Assembly: GCA_003221035.1 (NCBI GenBank)
Contig: QHUB01000019.1
Coordinates: 2,418 to 66,417, forward strand
DNA: 64,000 nt
Reading direction: 5' to 3'
From: Gemmatimonadota bacterium
GTDB lineage: Bacteria; Gemmatimonadota; Gemmatimonadetes; Gemmatimonadales; GWC2-71-9
Part shown: piece after piece, positions 39,756 through 47,899 of the stretch
How positions within the stretch are numbered: the stretch's first letter is position 1
Layout of the letters: each line of letters begins with the position of its first letter
Position numbers and translations under genes: made by a program
Notes under the pieces: model-generated
What the model saw: the letters and a program-made list of their open reading frames with translations, nothing else
Database searches by the model: none
What the model was told of the DNA's origin: nothing

Positions 39756-42533
39756 GTGACGGCGCCTCAAGCGACGCCTTCCCCGTCCGCCTCGAGCTCC
39801 TCCGCAGGCCCGTCCCCTCCGCCGTCTCCGCCGGTTTCTGAACGTGATCTCGCGGTCCTGCGCTCGTTCGCGCGCCGGATCGATCCGTCGGATGCCGGCG
39901 CGCACAACAACCTCGGCGTGCTGTACTATCAGAAGGGTCTGGTCCCCGAGGCGATCGAGCAGTTCACGCGCGCGTTGGAGCTCGATCCCCGCATGCAGGT
40001 CGCGCAGCGCAACCTCGAGATTGCCTACCATAACACCGGCTATTACGACGCCCGCGTCGCCGAGCTGCAGGAGAAGCTGCGGGGCGCGCCCGACCAGCGG
40101 GACGCGCGCTGGGAGCTGGGTCGTACCTACGCGATTCTTGGCGCGTTCGAGGAGGCGGTCGCGGAATTCGAAGAGCTGCTCGCCCACAAGCCCAAGGATG
40201 TCGCCGCGGTCATCCAGCTCGGGCTCGCCGAGAAAGCGCGCGGCCGTCTCGAGGTCGCGACGGAGTGGTTCGCGCGCGCGGTCGAGCAGGAGCCGGATTC
40301 GTCCGTCGTGCATTTCTACCTGGGCGAGGTCTATTACAATCGCGGGCTGAACGAGCCGGCGCTCACGGCGCTCGAGCGCGCCGTCTCGCTCAATCCTGAC
40401 AACGCCAACGCGCACTATCTGATGGCGTTCGTCCTGGGCGACATGGGCCGGCACCAGGACGCGCGCGCCGCGTCGAAGCGCGCGATCCAGCTCAACCCGC
40501 CGCTCGCGCGCGCGCAGACGAATCTGTCGCTCGAGCGCTATCGCGCCGAGCGCCAGACGGCCGAGCACCGGATCCGCGAGCAGCCCGCCCCGGAAGTCGC
40601 CGAAGGCAGCGAACTGGCGCACTGCAACCTCGGTCTCGCGTTCCGGCAGAAGGGCTATTACACGGAGGCGTTACGCGAGTATCGGCTCGCGATCGAGCGC
40701 GGCGAAGACCGCCGCCTGGTCCGGCAGGCGATGGCGGAGGTCCATCTCCTCAAGCGCGATTTCGGCGACGCGCTCGAGCTGTACGAGTCGCTGATCCACG
40801 AGACCCCGGAGTCGCCGAAGTTATGGAACGAGCGCGGCGTCGTGCTGCATCAGGCGGGCCGGACGGCGGAGGCGCTGACGTCGTACCGCCAGGCGACGGA
40901 GGTGGACGCGCGCTACGCGCTGGCCTGGAACAACGTCGGCGTCGTGCTCGCGCATCACGGCAATACCGACGACGCCATCGAGGCCTTCCGCAAGGCGCTG
41001 CAGCTGTCGCCCCAGTTCGTCGGCGCGCGACTCAATCTCGCCTTGCTGCTCGCGCACCTGCGGCGTTTCCAGCTCGCGCTCGAGGCATATCGCCAGGTGC
41101 TCGCCGATCAGGCCAACTCCGCCCCGGCGTGGAACGGCGTGGGACTCGTGCTCGTGGAGCTCAAGCGATTTCCCGACGCGCGGAACGCGTTCGTGCGCGC
41201 GGTCGAAGCGGATCCGCAGAATGCGGGTGCGCACTACAACCTCAGCTTCGCGCTGTCCAACCTGGGCGATTACGACGGCGCGCTGCGTGCGACCAAGCGC
41301 GCGCTCGAGCTCGATCCGTACTATGTGTCGCAGAAGTTCGCGCTCGCGATCGATCTCCAGTATGAGACCGTCGCGATCGGCATCATTCCCGAGATTTCGG
41401 CCGACGTCCCCGCCGAGAATCTCGGCGGAGAATTCGCGTTCGACCAGCGGCTGCTCGACAACATTTTCCACGAGCTGCAGCCGGCCGCCACGGGCGTGGC
41501 GCAACAGCCCGCCGCCGCCGGCCTCGCGAAAAAAGCCGACGACCCGCTGGCGCTGGCGCGCGATTACGAGAGCAAGGGGATGATGGATCTCGCCGTGGCG
41601 GAGGCGATGCGCGCAGTCCAACGCGGCGCGGACAAGGGTCTGGCCGCCACGCTGATCGGCGACATCTACGCGCGCCGCGGACTGCACGGCGAAGCGCTGG
41701 AGCGCTACCGCGACGCGCGCACGCTGGACGCCGCGAACGCGGCCGCCGCGCTCGGCGAGGTGCAGAGTCTGCTGGGGTTGCACCGCGGGGCCGAGGCGCT
41801 TCCCATTGCCGAGGACCTGGTCACCAGGGCGCCCGAGCATGTTGAGGTCCTGGTTGCGGCGGCCAAGGCGCGGGCCGCCACGGGCGATGCGGCGGGAGCA
41901 CTGACGGCGCTGCGCCAGGCGCAGACGCGCGCGCCGGCCCGCGCCGATCTGCACAAGCTGCAGGGCGACATTGCCCTCAAAGTGGGCGACCGCCAGGGTG
42001 CTCGCACGGCCTACCGCGGCGCGCTCGACCTGGACAAGGGGTTCGTGCAGGTGTGGCTCGACCTGGGCCGACTCCACGAACAGGACGAAGAATGGCCGGA
42101 CGCGCAACGCGCGTACGAGGAGGCGCTCGAGGCGCTGCCGACGTTCCACGAAGCGGCGCTCGCGCTGTCCGACCTGTTGCGCCGCACCGGAGGGCTTCGC
42201 GCCGCTGTCGTGCGGCTTGCCGGGATGCTGGAGCAGGACCCGTACGACATGGACGCGCTGCTGCTGCTCGGCCGCACGCTCCTCGACGACAAGCGCAACG
42301 CGGAAGGGCTCGAAGTGTTCAGGCGCGCGCTCAAGTTCGATCCCGATCACACCGGCGCGCTGTTTTATCTCGGCGCGACCCTCGCGCGGCTGCAGCGCTA
42401 CGCCGAGGCGGTGGATGCGTGGGAGCGCGTGACGCGGATCGACCCCGGCGGGCCGTTCGCGCAGCGCGCGCGCGTGCATGCGCGCACCGCCGTCGACCTG
42501 CAGCACATCTTCTCAACCTCGGACGCGGCGTAG
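39756..42533 (+). CDS. large tetratricopeptide-repeat protein (~925 aa)
   Basis: Pro/Ser-rich N-terminus, then many TPR units (AHNNLGVLYYQKGL..., AWNNVGVVLAHHGN..., AHYNLSFALSNLGDY...). GTG 3 nt after the cheC stop. Confidence 0.85.
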   Translation: MTAPQATPSPSASSSSAGPSPPPSPPVSERDLAVLRSFARRIDPSDAGAHNNLGVLYYQKGLVPEAIEQFTRALELDPRMQVAQRNLEIAYHNTGYYDARVAELQEKLRGAPDQRDARWELGRTYAILGAFEEAVAEFEELLAHKPKDVAAVIQLGLAEKARGRLEVATEWFARAVEQEPDSSVVHFYLGEVYYNRGLNEPALTALERAVSLNPDNANAHYLMAFVLGDMGRHQDARAASKRAIQLNPPLARAQTNLSLERYRAERQTAEHRIREQPAPEVAEGSELAHCNLGLAFRQKGYYTEALREYRLAIERGEDRRLVRQAMAEVHLLKRDFGDALELYESLIHETPESPKLWNERGVVLHQAGRTAEALTSYRQATEVDARYALAWNNVGVVLAHHGNTDDAIEAFRKALQLSPQFVGARLNLALLLAHLRRFQLALEAYRQVLADQANSAPAWNGVGLVLVELKRFPDARNAFVRAVEADPQNAGAHYNLSFALSNLGDYDGALRATKRALELDPYYVSQKFALAIDLQYETVAIGIIPEISADVPAENLGGEFAFDQRLLDNIFHELQPAATGVAQQPAAAGLAKKADDPLALARDYESKGMMDLAVAEAMRAVQRGADKGLAATLIGDIYARRGLHGEALERYRDARTLDAANAAAALGEVQSLLGLHRGAEALPIAEDLVTRAPEHVEVLVAAAKARAATGDAAGALTALRQAQTRAPARADLHKLQGDIALKVGDRQGARTAYRGALDLDKGFVQVWLDLGRLHEQDEEWPDAQRAYEEALEALPTFHEAALALSDLLRRTGGLRAAVVRLAGMLEQDPYDMDALLLLGRTLLDDKRNAEGLEVFRRALKFDPDHTGALFYLGATLARLQRYAEAVDAWERVTRIDPGGPFAQRARVHARTAVDLQHIFSTSDAA

Positions 42534-42536
42534 CGC

Positions 42537-43688
42537 ATGGCCATCGAAGGACCGCTGCGCGAGCTCGGGATCCACGACGTCTTCCAGCTGCTCGACTTGA
42601 GCCGGAAGACCGGCGCGCTGCGCGTCACGTCGGAGCTGCGTCACAACGAGGGGACGGTCTACTTCGACAACGGCGTCGTCGTGTCGGCCGAGATCCGCTC
42701 CAACCCGCATCCGCTGGGTGCGCTGCTCCTGCGCACCGGCAAGATCGGCGAGGCCGACCTCGAGCGCGCGCGGGACATGCAGCAGCGCCAAGGCGACAAG
42801 CGGCGGCTGGGCGAAATCCTGGTGTCCCTGGGCGTGATCACGCAGCGCGAGGTCGAACGGCAGGTGCGGTTCCAGATCGAAGAAGTCGTCTTCGAGGTCA
42901 TGAGCTGGAACGAAGGCTACTTCTCGTTCGCCGAGCAGACGGAGAGCAAAGTCCCGACGGAGCTGACGGTTCGAATCCCGGTCGAGGCGCTGCTCATGGA
43001 AGGCGCGCGCCGCATTGACGAATGGTCGCGCATCGAAAACCGGATTCCGCACGTCGGCGTCGTGCCGTCCCTGGCGCCGCCGCCGGAAGGCGGAGGCGGC
43101 GAGCTCGACCTGCTGCCGCCCGAGTGGGAAGTGCTCGCGCTCATCGACGGTGAGCGCTCGGTACGCGGCCTCGCGACCGAGCTCGGCCGCTCGGACTTCG
43201 AAGTCGCGAAGACGCTGTTTGGGCTCGAGAGCGCCGGCGTGATCGTGCTGGTCGATCCAGGGCATTCCCGCCGCGCTCGACCGGGCGCCGGCGGTGACCT
43301 CGCGGAGCTCGTCGCAGAGCTGATGGCGAAGGCTGAGACCGCCCTGCACGCGAAGGACCTCGACGCGGCGCGCGCCGCGGCCGAGCAGGCCGGCAGCATG
43401 CAGCCGCACGACGCGACGATCCATCTGGTGCTCGGACGTATTCACCTCGCGCAAGGACACGCATCCGCGGCGGCCGAGGAGCTCCGGCGAGCGCTGCGGC
43501 TCGATCCACTCCTGGCGGCGGCGCATCGCCATCTGGGGTTCGCGCACGTGTCGATGGGACGCTTCGGTGAAGCCGTGGAGAGCTGGGATCAGTGGGACCG
43601 CCTGGCGAGCCGCAGTCCCGAGGAAGACGCGCAGCGCGGAGCTGTGGATCGCGCGCGGCAGGCGGCCAAGGTATTCGCGCATGGATGA
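42537..43688 (+). CDS. PATAN/DUF4388 domain protein with C-terminal TPR
   Basis: N-terminus GPLRELGIHDVFQLLDLSRKTGALRVTS...GTVYFDNGVVVSA, with a helical insertion (LGEILVSLGVITQREVERQ). TPR tail. Confidence 0.8.
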   Translation: MAIEGPLRELGIHDVFQLLDLSRKTGALRVTSELRHNEGTVYFDNGVVVSAEIRSNPHPLGALLLRTGKIGEADLERARDMQQRQGDKRRLGEILVSLGVITQREVERQVRFQIEEVVFEVMSWNEGYFSFAEQTESKVPTELTVRIPVEALLMEGARRIDEWSRIENRIPHVGVVPSLAPPPEGGGGELDLLPPEWEVLALIDGERSVRGLATELGRSDFEVAKTLFGLESAGVIVLVDPGHSRRARPGAGGDLAELVAELMAKAETALHAKDLDAARAAAEQAGSMQPHDATIHLVLGRIHLAQGHASAAAEELRRALRLDPLLAAAHRHLGFAHVSMGRFGEAVESWDQWDRLASRSPEEDAQRGAVDRARQAAKVFAHG

Positions 43689-44523
43689 AATTCGGGCGCT
43701 CTCGGCGCAGCTCGCGCAGGATCCGCAGAGTCTGGTGTTCCTGCGGCTCGGCGAAGCGTTGCGCCGCAAAGGGCAGCTCGACGCGGCGCTGCGCGTCGCC
43801 ACGAACGGCCTGGAGCGCCATCCGCATCTTGCCGACGCGCACGACCTGTACGCGCGCATCCTGACGGACAAGCACGACTACGAGAAGGCATTCGACGAGT
43901 GGGACATGGCCGTGCGAATCGCGCCGCACCATACGGGCGCGCTGAAGGGACTTGCCTTCCTCTACTTCAAGATCGGAGACCTGCAGCAGGCTGAAGCGCA
44001 TCTCGCCGCTGCCAAGCGAGTCGAGCCCGACGATCCGACCATCGATCAGGCGATCGAGATGATGCGTGGCGGAGCGAAAGGACCGGCCGAGCAACCCGCC
44101 GCCCCTTCGCCGCCCTCCGGCGCCGCTTCAATCGCCGCCCCGGCAGCCGCGACCGGCGGACTCGATGAAGCCCGAGTGTTCGCCGGTCTTGAGGGGGCCA
44201 ATGAAGGCTTGCTCCTCATCGATGGTTCGGGGCGGGTACTCGGTGGGGCGCTAAAAGACGGCGGGGGAACGGACGTCACGGACGCGGTCGCCGCGTATCT
44301 GGCGGGTGTGTCTCAGGAAGCCGCGCGTACGGCGAAGTTGCTCGGTCTTGGCGCCTGGAACGGCCTCTCGGCGGAGGGGCAGCATGGAAACGTACACCTC
44401 GCCCACCCGACGCCTGACGCCTTGCTCCTGGTGGTCCGCGAGCGCGGCATTCCACTGGGCCGGCTCGCCATTCTCGCGCAGCGCGCGACGTTGATGGCGC
44501 GCCGCTGGCTGGAGCGACAGTGA
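43681..44523 (+). CDS. TPR + Roadblock/LC7 fusion protein
   Basis: N-terminal TPRs and an Ala/Pro linker. The C-terminal segment is Roadblock-like (GLLLIDGSGRVLGG...AAYLAGVSQEAARTAKLLGLG...LLLVVRE). The ATG overlaps the upstream stop by 8 nt. Confidence 0.75.
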   Translation: MDEIRALSAQLAQDPQSLVFLRLGEALRRKGQLDAALRVATNGLERHPHLADAHDLYARILTDKHDYEKAFDEWDMAVRIAPHHTGALKGLAFLYFKIGDLQQAEAHLAAAKRVEPDDPTIDQAIEMMRGGAKGPAEQPAAPSPPSGAASIAAPAAATGGLDEARVFAGLEGANEGLLLIDGSGRVLGGALKDGGGTDVTDAVAAYLAGVSQEAARTAKLLGLGAWNGLSAEGQHGNVHLAHPTPDALLLVVRERGIPLGRLAILAQRATLMARRWLERQ

Positions 44524-44867
44524 GCGCGGCGCTCGATCTGATCACGCGGGTGCGCGGGGTGCGCGGCGCGATGCTCGTCTCGGCCGAGGACGGGCTCGTC
44601 GTCGCCGAACAACTGATGGAGGGGATCAAGGGCAGTGCGGTCGCCGCACTGGCCGCGAGTTTGGCAGGACGGCTGCGCCGCGCGATGGAAGCGTCAGGGA
44701 CCGGGAGGAGCGTATTCTGGCATCTTCAGGCCGAGCAGGGGGCGCTGCTGGTCGTGCCCAGCGGGGAGGAGTCCGGCAATCTCCTGGTCGTCGCCGTAGC
44801 CGAGCCCGACGTGAATATTGGACTGGTGCGTCTGGAGCTGCTGCGCGCGGCGGAGGCCGGTACATGA
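44520..44867 (+). CDS. Roadblock/LC7 domain protein (MglB/MglC-like paralogue)
   Basis: VRGVRGAMLVSAEDGLVVAEQL...AALAASLAGRLRRA...LLVVAVAEPDVNIGLVRLEL. 4-nt overlaps on both sides. Confidence 0.8.
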   Translation: MSAALDLITRVRGVRGAMLVSAEDGLVVAEQLMEGIKGSAVAALAASLAGRLRRAMEASGTGRSVFWHLQAEQGALLVVPSGEESGNLLVVAVAEPDVNIGLVRLELLRAAEAGT

Positions 44868-45340
44868 GTCCGCACACGCGCGCCGTCGAGACCTGGACGC
44901 TACAGCCGCTGACCGACTTCGTGCGCGAAGCGTCGGCGCGGCTGGTGCTGGTGCTTACGCCGTCCGGCCAGGTACTGGCGCAGTCGGGCTTCTCGCGCGC
45001 GGTGGACGTGATGTCCGCCGCCGCGCTCGCCGCCGCGATCGTCGCATCGACGGGCGAGCTCGCGCGCCAGCTCCGCCAGCCGCCGTTCGCCGCGCTCAGT
45101 CATCAGGGTCCCCGGACCGGATTCTTTCTCGCGACGTTCCTGACCGACCGCGGGACGCTCGCCGTGCTGGCCGTCTACGATCTCGACGTTTCATCACTGG
45201 GCATCGTTCAATTATTCTATGAGCAACTTGCGGCGGACTTGAAGGCGGCGAGTCCGAAAGGAGCGGTACCGAAACAGGTGCTGGCGGCAGACTTCGAGCG
45301 GGAGTTGACGGACAGCCTCAACACGCTGTTTGGGAGATAG
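44864..45340 (+). CDS. mglB: MglB-like Roadblock/LC7 GTPase-activating protein
   Basis: 158 aa, directly upstream of mglA as in Myxococcus. Roadblock core [15 protein letters not shown]...[16 protein letters not shown]...[19 protein letters not shown]. The acidic C-tail ...DSLNTLFGR resembles the MglB tail. Confidence 0.75.
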   Translation: MSPHTRAVETWTLQPLTDFVREASARLVLVLTPSGQVLAQSGFSRAVDVMSAAALAAAIVASTGELARQLRQPPFAALSHQGPRTGFFLATFLTDRGTLAVLAVYDLDVSSLGIVQLFYEQLAADLKAASPKGAVPKQVLAADFERELTDSLNTLFGR

Positions 45341-45347
45341 GCGGCGC

Positions 45348-45950
45348 ATGTCCCTGGTCAACTTCACGGCCCGCGAGATCACGTGCAAAATCGTCTATTA
45401 CGGACCGGGGCGGTCCGGCAAGACGACCAATCTCCATTACATCTACGGACGTGTGCCGGAGACGCGGCGCGGGCGCATGGTCTCGCTCGCGACGCAAACC
45501 GACCGCACGCTGTTTTTCGATTTCCTGCCGATCGACCTCGGCCAGATCTCGGGGTTCGCGACGCGATTTCAGCTCTACACGGTGCCGGGCCAGGTCTACT
45601 ACAACGCCACCCGCCGGCTCGTGCTGCAGGGCGCCGATGGCGTCGTCTTTGTGGGCGACAGCCAGGCGCGGCAGCTCGACGAGAACATCGAGAGTCTCCA
45701 GAATCTCCAAAGCAATCTGCTGGAGCACGGCGTGGACGTGCGCGCGATGCCGCTGGTCATGCAGTACAACAAGCAGGACCTGCCCCCCGAGCTGATCTTG
45801 ACTCCTCCCGAGCTCGATGACGCGCTCAACTTTCGGAGCGTACCGAGCTTTCCGGCGGATGCGCTCCACGGCAGAGGCGTGTTCGAAACGCTCAAGTCGG
45901 TATCGGAGTTAGTCCTCAAGAAGCTCGCGGCGGGGAGTCCCGCATCATGA
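45348..45950 (+). CDS. mglA: Ras-like small GTPase MglA
   Basis: Near-colinear with M. xanthus MglA as I recall it: [21 protein letters not shown] (P-loop), [27 protein letters not shown]. Confidence 0.92.
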   Translation: MSLVNFTAREITCKIVYYGPGRSGKTTNLHYIYGRVPETRRGRMVSLATQTDRTLFFDFLPIDLGQISGFATRFQLYTVPGQVYYNATRRLVLQGADGVVFVGDSQARQLDENIESLQNLQSNLLEHGVDVRAMPLVMQYNKQDLPPELILTPPELDDALNFRSVPSFPADALHGRGVFETLKSVSELVLKKLAAGSPAS

Positions 45951-47899
45951 CCAGCTCGCTGAATCCCCGCTTTACGTTCGAGACCTTCGTGGTGGGTGCG
46001 GCCAATCGTCTCGCCGTCACGGCGGGACGAACCGTGGCCGAGAATCCCGGGTCCGCCTACAACCCCCTTTTCATTTATAGTGGCTCCGGGTTAGGGAAGA
46101 CGCACGTGCTCATGGCGATCGGTCATGCGGCCAAGACGATCGCCTCGCAGCTCAACATCGAATACCTGACCCTGGATGAGTACGTCGAGGCCTTTCACGC
46201 GGCCATCGCCGCGGGTCAGGGCGACGCTTTCCGCCGCCGCTTTCAGAACGTCGACGTGCTGCTCGTAGACGACGTTCAGTTCCTCACGAATCGCAAGGAG
46301 ATGCAGGCCGAATTGCTGCGGCTGACCGAGGCGCTGCAGCAGTCTGGTCATCAGATCGTCCTCGCCAGCGACCGGCCGCCCGCGGAGATCGCCGATTTGG
46401 ACGAGCGGTTGATCTCGCGATTCTCCGGCGGGCTCGTGGTCGACATGGGCATCCCCGACTACGAGACGCGCGTCGCGATTCTGCGCCGCAAGGCCGAGGA
46501 GCGCGGCAGCAAGTTCCAACCCGGCGTGCTCGAGGCGGTCGCGAAAGTCGAATACCCAAACGTCCGCGAGCTCATGGGCGCACTCAATCGCTTGATCGCG
46601 TTTCAGGCGGTCAACGACATGCCGATCAACGAGGAGACGGTTCGCAAGGTGTTGGGCGTCCCGACCGCCGGTTCACCGACCGCCGGTTCATCGACCGTCG
46701 CCTCACCTACCGTCGGTTCACCCGACGAGTTCTCTCAGTTCTTGAGCGATGTCACCGTCACCGTCGGCAAGGCTGTCGAAGCCTGGAGAGCGCGCGTCGC
46801 CGAGGCGGTCATGCGCTGGGAGGGCGAAGGCTACCGGACCGGCCGGCTCGAAAAGCTGCTCGAGCAGGAGACACCCGCCGCGGTGGACGAAGCGATCGCG
46901 GCGTACGTGCAGGATGTCGAGCGGCTCAAGACGCTCGAGGCGGAAGTCGCGGTGCTCGATCCGCAGGCTGCCGGCGAAAAGGTGTTTCGCGATCCCGATC
47001 ATATGGAGGCGGCCGAAGCAGCGGCCGCGAAGGTGCGGGAGGGCGCCGCGCCGCCGCCCGCACCGTCGGCCGCGTTCCCGCTCGAGACCTATTGTGCCGG
47101 CGCATCCAATGAGGTCGCGTTGAACGCGGCGCGCGACGTGATCGCGAAGCCCGGCAAGAAATACAATCCGCTCGTCATCGTGGGTCGCAGCGGCCTCGGT
47201 AAAACGCATCTCCTCAATGCCATCGGCGTCGAGCTGGCCAGGAAGAAGCACGCGGTCGTCGCCTGCCTGTCGACGCAGCAGTTCGTGGACGAGCTGATTG
47301 CGGCGATCGACGGCAACCGCGTGGACTGGTGGCGTGCGCGCTACCGTCGTGCGACGGCGCTCTTGCTCGATGACATCCAGCTGCTCGCGGGGAAAGAGCG
47401 GACGCAGGAAGAGCTGTTCAACCTGTTCAATCACCTCGTGGACGCCGACCGCCAGCTCATCTTCACGGCGCCGGCGCATCCCAACACGCTCGAGGGAATC
47501 GAGGAGCGCATCGTCTCGCGGCTCGAGGGCGGTCTGGTCGCCGAGATCGCGGAACCGGACAAGGATCTGCGTCGTGGCATGCTGGAGCGGCTGCTCACGC
47601 AGCACCGCGTACCCGTGGAGCCCGCGCTCCTCGATTATCTGGCCGACCGCCCGATCGACTCCGTGCGAAACTTGACCGGCATCGTGCAACGCATCATCGA
47701 AGCCGCGGCGGCACAGGACGCGCCGGTGACGGCGGGTCTGGCGCGCGAAGTGCTGGAAGGCGCCCCGGTGCCGCGGCGCACGACCGGTCTGCGCACGAGC
47801 GGGATTGTGGTGTCGAGCGCGGGGGGCGTCCGCAGCCGGGAGAAGATGGTCTGGGACTGGCCCACATCGGGAGACCGCGTGATCGAGGATCTGCGCTAA
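45947..47899 (+). CDS. tandem double DnaA/Hda-type AAA+ ATPase protein lacking DnaA domains I and IV
   Basis: Module 1 (~aa 7-236): [49 protein letters not shown]. Module 2 (~aa 386-606): [49 protein letters not shown]. No HTH domain IV. ATGA overlap with mglA. Confidence 0.85.
   Translation: MTSSLNPRFTFETFVVGAANRLAVTAGRTVAENPGSAYNPLFIYSGSGLGKTHVLMAIGHAAKTIASQLNIEYLTLDEYVEAFHAAIAAGQGDAFRRRFQNVDVLLVDDVQFLTNRKEMQAELLRLTEALQQSGHQIVLASDRPPAEIADLDERLISRFSGGLVVDMGIPDYETRVAILRRKAEERGSKFQPGVLEAVAKVEYPNVRELMGALNRLIAFQAVNDMPINEETVRKVLGVPTAGSPTAGSSTVASPTVGSPDEFSQFLSDVTVTVGKAVEAWRARVAEAVMRWEGEGYRTGRLEKLLEQETPAAVDEAIAAYVQDVERLKTLEAEVAVLDPQAAGEKVFRDPDHMEAAEAAAAKVREGAAPPPAPSAAFPLETYCAGASNEVALNAARDVIAKPGKKYNPLVIVGRSGLGKTHLLNAIGVELARKKHAVVACLSTQQFVDELIAAIDGNRVDWWRARYRRATALLLDDIQLLAGKERTQEELFNLFNHLVDADRQLIFTAPAHPNTLEGIEERIVSRLEGGLVAEIAEPDKDLRRGMLERLLTQHRVPVEPALLDYLADRPIDSVRNLTGIVQRIIEAAAAQDAPVTAGLAREVLEGAPVPRRTTGLRTSGIVVSSAGGVRSREKMVWDWPTSGDRVIEDLR
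46661..46720 (+). repeat. 4 x 15-nt tandem repeat inside the double-AAA+ gene linker
   Basis: ccgaccgccggttca, ccgaccgccggttca, tcgaccgtcgcctca, cctaccgtcggttca. These encode [20 protein letters not shown]. Confidence 0.9.

Noticed and set aside
39756-42533. Periodic repeats in the large TPR gene and other TPR genes, considered as possible nucleotide-level repeat arrays or CRISPR.
   Set aside because: The repetition is at the protein-motif level only (34-residue TPR units with divergent DNA). No identical direct repeats with unique spacers occur anywhere in the window.
45947-47899. The possibility that the DnaA-like gene marks the chromosomal replication origin (dnaA/oriC).
   Set aside because: There is no domain IV, no dnaN/recF/gyrB neighbours, and no AT-rich region with clustered DnaA boxes nearby. 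The context is signalling genes, so it is treated as a paralogue rather than the initiator.
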